A DNA stretch of 51,148 nucleotides, taken from NCBI GenBank assembly GCA_001785965.1, contig MFVF01000030.1, forward strand, positions 1 through 51,148, in the 5' to 3' direction. Positions 44,873 to 51,148 of the stretch are shown here, in pieces; positions within the stretch are counted from its first letter, which is position 1, and the number at the start of each line of letters is the position of its first letter. Under the pieces are notes generated by a model. The model had not been told where the DNA came from and searched no databases. It saw nothing but the letters and a program-made list of their open reading frames with translations. The position numbers were made by a program, and so were the translations under genes. Source of the DNA: Candidatus Nomurabacteria bacterium RIFCSPLOWO2_01_FULL_42_20 (lineage in GTDB: Bacteria; Patescibacteriota; Minisyncoccia; Phycocordibacterales; CAZVEC01).

Positions 44873-45497
44873 AAATAATATTTTAACCGTTGCAATAATA
44901 GTTATATTTATAGTTGGCGTTGGCGCATTGATATACAGCGGAAAAAATAATGGTAATAATAAAACTGAAACAGTCGCAGTCGATGAACACGGGCATTCCT
45001 TGCCTGCTAACGCCGCAGTTTCATCCATTGCAGACATGGTTGACAAGCCGGCGCCAGATTTTTCACTCTCTGACCGAGACGGGAAAGTGTATTCATTGAG
45101 CGAATTGCGGGGTAAAAACATCATTCTCTTTTTTAACGAAGGATTGATGTGCTATCCAGCCTGTTGGAGCCAAATAGCTTCTTTCCCCAAAGATGAACGA
45201 TTTAGTAATACTGGCACAGTGGTACTCTCGATTGTAGTTGATTCCGCGGATGATTGGCAAAGCGCGATTGAAAAAATGCCGGAGCTTGCTACGGCCACCG
45301 TTGTTTTTGACAAAGGCGCCACAGTATCAAAACAGTTTGACATGCTTAAATCCGCATCCTCAATGCATTACGGGTCCCTGCCAGGGCACACTTATGTGCT
45401 TATAGATAAAGAAGGAATTGTCCGCCATGTTTTTGACGATCCGAATATGGCTATCCACAACGATCAATTGATAGCGGAGCTTGATAAAGTAAGTTAA
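44865..45497 (+). CDS. Membrane-anchored AhpC/TSA (thioredoxin-fold) protein
   Basis: APDFSL..G..YSLSELRGKNIILFF, CYPAC, YVLIDKEGIVR. Confidence 0.8.
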   Translation: MNKNNILTVAIIVIFIVGVGALIYSGKNNGNNKTETVAVDEHGHSLPANAAVSSIADMVDKPAPDFSLSDRDGKVYSLSELRGKNIILFFNEGLMCYPACWSQIASFPKDERFSNTGTVVLSIVVDSADDWQSAIEKMPELATATVVFDKGATVSKQFDMLKSASSMHYGSLPGHTYVLIDKEGIVRHVFDDPNMAIHNDQLIAELDKVS

Positions 45498-45504
45498 AAC
45501 TAAC

Positions 45505-46647
45505 ATGGAGGCCTTTTCTCATTCTTTGCATACACATGAAAACGACAGCGGCTGGAAGCCAAACAAATATATTGCCGCTTTTATTCTGGCCATATCGATA
45601 CTGGCTGTTTTTCTGGCCATGTCCGGATCGCCAAATCAAGATATAATTAAAGGAGAAGTTAAGCAGATAAAAGCCGAGAGAATTGTGGATTCGGTGGCGG
45701 GCATGAAAGTGAAAGAACAAGATTTATCTGTTGAGGTAATGGTTGATAGAGAGAAGAAAGAAATTGCGGTCATGAATGATTTTACACCCATTAGAGTAGG
45801 GGACAAGATATTTTTGCAGGGTTCGCTTTTTGGCGATGAAGAGGCGTTTGAAATCAAGGATATAAGCAGAGAAAAAGGTGTTTTTGTACTGACGGCCTTA
45901 TTTATTATTCTTGTTTTTGCCACGAGCGGTTGGAGGGGTTTTTATTCGCTGATCGGCCTTATATTCAGTTTGAGCGTCATCTTTGTTTTTATCGTGCCGC
46001 TTATATTAAAAGGATTAAATCCTATCTTTGTCGGCATAGCTGGCTCTTTTCTGATTTTACTCGTGACCCTTTATCTTTCCCACGGTTTGACTAAAAAATC
46101 CATTTCAGCTTTTATTGGCATTATTCTTTCGCTTTTATTTACCGGCATTCTTGCGAATTTAGCAGTTCAAGCTATGCGCTTTACCGGCTTTAGCAATGAA
46201 GGGGCGCTGTATTTAAATATGGAGACAGGCAGTCCTTTTAACCTTGTCGGTCTTTTAACAGCCGGCATTATTATTGCGGCGATTGGAATTTTGGACGATG
46301 TGGCGGTTACCCAATCATCGACGGTTTTCAGTATTGCTTCGGCCAATTCTTCTCTCAAAGGGATGCCGCTTTATAAAAAAGCGATGAGCGTCGGCAAAGA
46401 TCATATTTCGGCGGTAATCAACACGCTTGTCTTGGCTTACACCGGCGCGGCTTTGCCGCTCGTGCTTCTTCTGACCCTACGAAATACGCCCGTTGATTTT
46501 TTCCTTAGCTTTGAAATGGTTTCAGAAGAGATCGTGAGAACCCTTATCGCTTCTTCCGGCTTATTGCTGGCCGTTCCGATTACAACCGCGATTGCGGTAT
46601 TCTTCCGCCAATATAAATTTAAAAGGTCGAAATTATTAGTTAATTAA
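45505..46647 (+). CDS. YibE/F family membrane protein
   Basis: IGILDDVAVTQ, VGKDHI..NTLVLAYTG, EEIVRTL. Confidence 0.88.
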   Translation: MEAFSHSLHTHENDSGWKPNKYIAAFILAISILAVFLAMSGSPNQDIIKGEVKQIKAERIVDSVAGMKVKEQDLSVEVMVDREKKEIAVMNDFTPIRVGDKIFLQGSLFGDEEAFEIKDISREKGVFVLTALFIILVFATSGWRGFYSLIGLIFSLSVIFVFIVPLILKGLNPIFVGIAGSFLILLVTLYLSHGLTKKSISAFIGIILSLLFTGILANLAVQAMRFTGFSNEGALYLNMETGSPFNLVGLLTAGIIIAAIGILDDVAVTQSSTVFSIASANSSLKGMPLYKKAMSVGKDHISAVINTLVLAYTGAALPLVLLLTLRNTPVDFFLSFEMVSEEIVRTLIASSGLLLAVPITTAIAVFFRQYKFKRSKLLVN

Positions 46648-46687
46648 ACCCTCCTTCGCTAAAGCTATGGAGGGCAAAGAAAAAATT

Positions 46688-46888
46688 ATGACGCAAAATT
46701 TAGGAAAATTAGACAGAATCTTTCGTTTTATTTTGGGGATATTATGGCTTAGTCCGATGGCTCCGCAATTTGGCGCTCCCTGGCTTAACACGGTTGTCTT
46801 TATCGTAGCCTTAATTGCGCTTGTTGAAAGTTTTATCGGCTGGTGCGGTCTGCACAGTGTGTTCAAAATAAATAATTGCAATCAATAA
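46688..46888 (+). CDS. DUF2892 (YgaP-like) small membrane protein
   Basis: NLGKLDRIFR..GWCGL..FKINNC. Confidence 0.82.
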   Translation: MTQNLGKLDRIFRFILGILWLSPMAPQFGAPWLNTVVFIVALIALVESFIGWCGLHSVFKINNCNQ

Positions 46889-46929
46889 AAAAGTCGAAAA
46901 TTATTAGTTTAACTTTAATAAATAAATAT

Positions 46930-47211
46930 ATGGAACTACAAAAAAATAAGTTTGCTTTAGCGGCTGGCGGAGTCATGGGAATCGTTTATGTCGTTTGCGC
47001 GATTTTTGTCGCCCTTTGGCCGAACTTTGCAATGCAGCTTTTCGGTTGGTTGATTCATCTGGTCAATGTTGATAAATTTGCCGGTGATGTGCAAATTACT
47101 GCCAGCGGCTTCATTATTGGCCTCTTGCAGGCAGTCATCTACACCTATATTGTCGCTTACCTTTTTGCCTCACTGCACAATCGCTTCATGAGCGGAAATA
47201 AGCAGCAATAA
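46930..47211 (+). CDS. Small 2-TM membrane protein (DUF5676-like)
   Basis: FALA..VYVVCAIF..WLIH. Confidence 0.65.
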   Translation: MELQKNKFALAAGGVMGIVYVVCAIFVALWPNFAMQLFGWLIHLVNVDKFAGDVQITASGFIIGLLQAVIYTYIVAYLFASLHNRFMSGNKQQ

Positions 47212-47215
47212 AATC

Positions 47216-47386
47216 ATGTTTAACTTCTTCAAAGAAAAATGTCCGGTTTGCAAAATGGTCCTGGAAAAAGATAAAAATTACCCCGAAGGATTCGGCAAGA
47301 AATTCTGTTCTGAAAATTGCAAAGAAGAATTCGGGAAGAACACAGTAAAAGAACAACCTCATAAGAGCCACGGCTGTTGTCATTAA
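47216..47386 (+). CDS. YHS/TRASH-type small metal-binding protein (56 aa, absent from ORF track)
   Basis: MFNFFKEKCPVCKM..KFCSENCKEEF..HKSHGCCH. Confidence 0.85.
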   Translation: MFNFFKEKCPVCKMVLEKDKNYPEGFGKKFCSENCKEEFGKNTVKEQPHKSHGCCH

Positions 47387-47388
47387 TA

Positions 47389-47817
47389 ATGATTACTAAA
47401 TCCACAATATACGGATTTATAGGAATGACGATATTGCTCGCTGTGTATTTTTCTGTTGTCAGCTTAATTTCCGGCTGGTCGTTTGCCGTTAGCCAATTCA
47501 GTCAGTTTTGGTATTTCATTGTCAGCTTGGCAGTCGGATTCGGAATTCAAATCGGGCTTTACGCATATCTGAAAAGCGCCATTCACAGGAAAAATGCCGG
47601 CGGCGGAGCTTTAGCTGTCTCGGGCGCAACTTCCACTGTGGCGATGCTCTCTTGCTGTGCTCATTATCTCGTTAACATTTTGCCGATTATCGGGGCAGCG
47701 GGAATTATCAGTTTAATAGGGCAATATCAGATTCAATTATTCTGGGTTGGGCTGATTTTCAATATCGCCGGCATAATTTATATTGCCCGGAAAATTATCA
47801 TCTTCCAGACTAAATAA
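47389..47817 (+). CDS. Hypothetical membrane protein with SCCAHY motif
   Basis: Four TM segments; lies within the copper operon. Confidence 0.7.
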   Translation: MITKSTIYGFIGMTILLAVYFSVVSLISGWSFAVSQFSQFWYFIVSLAVGFGIQIGLYAYLKSAIHRKNAGGGALAVSGATSTVAMLSCCAHYLVNILPIIGAAGIISLIGQYQIQLFWVGLIFNIAGIIYIARKIIIFQTK

Positions 47818-47821
47818 TAAT

Positions 47822-48532
47822 ATGCAATACGCTTGGTTAATTTGGAGTTCTGTATTGGTCGTGATATGGCTGGCCGTGTATTTTTCTTTGAAAAATAAAG
47901 AAAGCAAAAGAGAAATGCTTTTGGTAAGTTTATGGACTTCGCTACTTGGATTTACCGAACCGCTCTTTGTGCCGGAATACTGGAATCCGCCGTCGCTTTT
48001 TAATTTGGCGGCAAGAACAGGTTTTGATATAGAAAGTTTTATTTTCGCCTTCGGCGTTGGAGGGCTTGCTGTAATCATCTATGAAAGAATTTTCCAGATC
48101 AGACATGAGCAAATAAGCACGGAAGAAAAACACCTCCCGCGGCACAGATATCATTTATTCGCGCTTCTTTCGGCGCCGATTATTTTTATTTTACTTTCAA
48201 TTTTTACTAATTTAAATCCTATTTATTCGGCTACTATTGCGCTTATCGGTGGCGGATTATTTACTTGGTATTGCCGCCCCAACCTTAAAAAGAAAATGAT
48301 TGCAAGCGCATTTATATTCTTAGGGTTTTATTCCTTGTACTTTTTAATACTAACTACTCTGTATTCTGATTATGTTCGGCAAGTATGGAATCTTGCGGCA
48401 GTCTCTGGAATTTTGATTTTAGGCATTCCATTGGAAGAATTAATGTTTGCTTTCGGATTGGGATTTCTGTGGTCAAGCGTGCATGAACATTTGAAATGGT
48501 ATAAGATTAAAAATTTTGATATTATCAAGTAA
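47822..48532 (+). CDS. Lycopene cyclase domain-like membrane protein
   Basis: PEYWNPPSLF, GIPLEEL. Confidence 0.6.
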   Translation: MQYAWLIWSSVLVVIWLAVYFSLKNKESKREMLLVSLWTSLLGFTEPLFVPEYWNPPSLFNLAARTGFDIESFIFAFGVGGLAVIIYERIFQIRHEQISTEEKHLPRHRYHLFALLSAPIIFILLSIFTNLNPIYSATIALIGGGLFTWYCRPNLKKKMIASAFIFLGFYSLYFLILTTLYSDYVRQVWNLAAVSGILILGIPLEELMFAFGLGFLWSSVHEHLKWYKIKNFDIIK

Positions 48533-48667
48533 AATACTATGGAGCAGAAAGAAACAACAACCCCAGCACCAGAAATCAATAACGAATGCTTATTGATTTC
48601 GGTGCGAGGCGAGAAGCGGTTAGATAAGGCAAGTATTGCAAAACAAATTTAATTTTTTATAGTAATT

Positions 48668-51115
48668 ATGGCTAATAAAACAACAAAATCGCAGTTTCCG
48701 GTTATAGGTATGCATTGTGCCAGTTGCGCTTTGACGATCGAGCGGGCGCTCAAGAAAGTGCCGGGAGTGAAAGGCGCCAGCGTGAATTTCGCGACCGAAA
48801 AAGCGACTGTTGAATCCGAAGAGGAGATTGATTCAAAAGTTCTCAAAAAAGCCGTAGCAGATACTGGCTACAATCTTATCGTCCAATCAGACGGGGTTTC
48901 ATCAGAGGGAGTTCATACGGAACATAAAATGGAGGGAATGGAAGAGAAGCCGGCGGACATGCATGACCATCACCGGATGCTCAAAGAAGCGGAAATAAAA
49001 AAACTGCGGAATAAATTCGTAATCGGCGCCATATTGTCTGTCTTAGTTATCCTCTTAAGTTTCCCGGATTATTTCAAAGTTTTTAATCTTGAATCATTCT
49101 TGCCAACTTCCTGGCGTTTTATTCTGCTTTTTATTCTCACTCTGCCTGTTGAATTCTGGGTCGGCTACCAATTTTGGCGCGGAGCCTGGTTTGGGCTCAA
49201 GGGTTTCCGGGCAAATATGGATACGCTCGTCGCCTTAGGCACCGGCACCGCTTTCATATTCAGTACAATTGTTACGATTTTAGAAATCGTCGCGCCAGTC
49301 GACGGGCTTGATGTTTATTTTGACGTGGCGGCTGTTGTTACCACTCTCGTTATTTTAGGCAAATTCCTGGAAGCGCGGGCTAAAGGCGCCGCTTCGGAGG
49401 CGATTAAAAAACTTCTGCGCCTTCAGGCGAAAGTCGCTCATATTGTCCATGAGGGAGGCCACATAATGGATATTTCCGTTGAAGAAATAAAGGCCGGCGA
49501 CATTCTTTTGGTTAAGCCTGGAGAAAAAGTTCCGACCGACGGGCTCATTATAGAAGGGGAGTCGTCTCTGGACGAATCAATGGTTACCGGCGAGTCCATG
49601 CCGGTTGATAAAAAAGTTGGCAATGAAGTCATCGGCGCGACGATCAATAAGACCGGGGCTTTCAAAATGCGAGCGACTAAAGTTGGCAAGGACACTTTTC
49701 TTTCGCACATCATTAAACTCGTTGAAGAAGCCCAGGCTTCCAAGGCGCCGATTCAGAAATTGGCCGACCAAATCACCGGTTTTTTTGTGCCGATTGTTTT
49801 GGCTATTTCTATAATTTCATTTGTTATTTGGATTTTTGCCGGGCCGGAACCTTCTTTACGTTTTGCTTTGATCAACGCGGTGGCGGTGCTGGTTGTAGCC
49901 TGTCCTTGCGCACTTGGATTAGCTACCCCAACGGCCATCATGGTTGGCACGGGCAAAGCCGCCGAGAGGGGGATTATCATCCGCGACGCCGAGGCGCTTG
50001 AGCTGGCCGGCAAGATTGATACAGTCATTTTAGACAAAACGGGCACGCTGACCAAAGGGGAGCCAATTGTTACAGATATCAAAGCCGGGCTTCAGAAGTC
50101 AGACTTCAAGGGCAGCCCGAAGTCTGACTTCGGGGAGCCCGAAGCCCGGCTTTTGCAAATCGCCGGAAGCTTGGCCCGCCTTGATAATCATCCTCTTGAT
50201 ATCGCCGTGGCAAAAAAAGCAAGCAATGAAAAACTGCTTGAAGTGAAAAATTTCAAAAACACGCCCGGCAAAGGTATCAGTGGGGAAATTGGCGGAAAGA
50301 AATATTTTCTGGGCAATCAAAATTGGCTCTCTGAATTTAATATTTTAGTTACAGAAGAAAATAATAAAAAAGTAATAGAACTTGAACAAGGCGGCAAAAC
50401 AGTTATTTTTCTTTTTTCCCTCGGCTATAGCCTTACGGGCGAGGCCCAAGATGAAGTTTTAGGCCTAAACCAATCCAAAGAATTGGTCGGCCCTAGAGCG
50501 ACCACGCACGGGCTAGCTCGAACTTCGCACGGCGAAGTTTTAGGCCTGATTGCCTTGGCTGATGAAATAAAAGAATCGGCTTTGCTGGCCGTTCAAAAAC
50601 TCTCAAGTCTTGGTTTGGAAATTTGGCTTTTGACGGGGGACAATGAAAGAACGGCGCAAGCTGTGAGCCGTAAATTAGGCATAACGAATATTATGTCAAG
50701 AGTTATGCCGGAAAATAAATCAGAAAAGGTGAAAGAATTACAAGCAAAAGGAAAGAAAGTAGCCATGGTCGGCGACGGCATCAATGACGCGCCGGCGCTT
50801 ACGCAGGCCGATATCGGCATCGCCATCGGCACGGGAACCGATATTGCGATTGAAGCGGGGGATATTACGCTTATCTCCGGCGACCCGATGCACGTCTACG
50901 AAGCAATCAAATTAAGCCGGCAGACCTTGCGGAACATAAAACAAAACCTCTTTTGGGCTTACATATATAATATAGTTTTGATTCCAGTGGCAGGCGGCGT
51001 TCTTTGGCCGCTTTTCGGAATCTTGCTCAACCCGATCTTAGCCGGCGGAGCTATGGCCTTTAGCTCGGTTTCCGTGGTATTAAACTCATTACGTTTGAAA
51101 AGAGTAAAGTTATAA
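48668..51115 (+). CDS. copA: Copper-translocating P1B-type ATPase with two in-frame insertions
   Basis: [36 protein letters not shown]. Confidence 0.95.
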   Translation: MANKTTKSQFPVIGMHCASCALTIERALKKVPGVKGASVNFATEKATVESEEEIDSKVLKKAVADTGYNLIVQSDGVSSEGVHTEHKMEGMEEKPADMHDHHRMLKEAEIKKLRNKFVIGAILSVLVILLSFPDYFKVFNLESFLPTSWRFILLFILTLPVEFWVGYQFWRGAWFGLKGFRANMDTLVALGTGTAFIFSTIVTILEIVAPVDGLDVYFDVAAVVTTLVILGKFLEARAKGAASEAIKKLLRLQAKVAHIVHEGGHIMDISVEEIKAGDILLVKPGEKVPTDGLIIEGESSLDESMVTGESMPVDKKVGNEVIGATINKTGAFKMRATKVGKDTFLSHIIKLVEEAQASKAPIQKLADQITGFFVPIVLAISIISFVIWIFAGPEPSLRFALINAVAVLVVACPCALGLATPTAIMVGTGKAAERGIIIRDAEALELAGKIDTVILDKTGTLTKGEPIVTDIKAGLQKSDFKGSPKSDFGEPEARLLQIAGSLARLDNHPLDIAVAKKASNEKLLEVKNFKNTPGKGISGEIGGKKYFLGNQNWLSEFNILVTEENNKKVIELEQGGKTVIFLFSLGYSLTGEAQDEVLGLNQSKELVGPRATTHGLARTSHGEVLGLIALADEIKESALLAVQKLSSLGLEIWLLTGDNERTAQAVSRKLGITNIMSRVMPENKSEKVKELQAKGKKVAMVGDGINDAPALTQADIGIAIGTGTDIAIEAGDITLISGDPMHVYEAIKLSRQTLRNIKQNLFWAYIYNIVLIPVAGGVLWPLFGILLNPILAGGAMAFSSVSVVLNSLRLKRVKL

Positions 51116-51148
51116 TTGAAATACTTCTCGCCCCGTACTCAAAAATTT

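Noticed and set aside
46621..46912. Imperfect direct repeat AAAAG(G)TCGA(A)AATTATTAGTT flanking DUF2892
   Set aside because: AT-rich and both copies precede start codons; more simply a shared leader motif than a mobility scar.
633..50832. Numerous antisense and alternate-frame ORFs in the track
   Set aside because: They overlap well-supported genes and lack recognisable motifs.

Overview
Low-GC, gene-dense bacterial chromosomal window, almost all on the + strand. Gene content and style suggest a Patescibacteria/CPR (Parcubacteria-like) organism; this is inferred, not proven. Genes include tRNA-Ile(GAT), tRNA-Pro(GGG), purM, a Pif1-like helicase, msrB, a cold-shock protein, an ABC-F ATPase, a GIY-YIG nuclease, typA, rsmI, an S41 protease, alr, rplI and a tandem array of Cys-rich paralogs. 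Also present: two CcdA/redox clusters, a cupin GPI plus 2909-aa cyclic beta-1,2-glucan synthase plus HAD locus, an MNT-HEPN toxin-antitoxin pair, and a CsoR-regulated copper operon ending in copA. The most striking signal is non-coding. Several families of short palindromic (hairpin) elements are inserted, often nested and in-frame, into conserved genes (rplI, typA, copA, purM, rsmI, helicase). At 67-442 a tRNA-Ile gene is split into four exons by three hairpin insertions, and the largest carries a second, complete tRNA-Ile at its apex. The joined outer exons still form a perfect cloverleaf. Inverted-repeat-bounded 'cargo' cassettes (tRNA, GIY-YIG, ArsR) suggest a palindrome-based mobile or splicing system, with the GIY-YIG cassette as a candidate autonomous member. 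All analysis was by eye; no searches were run.
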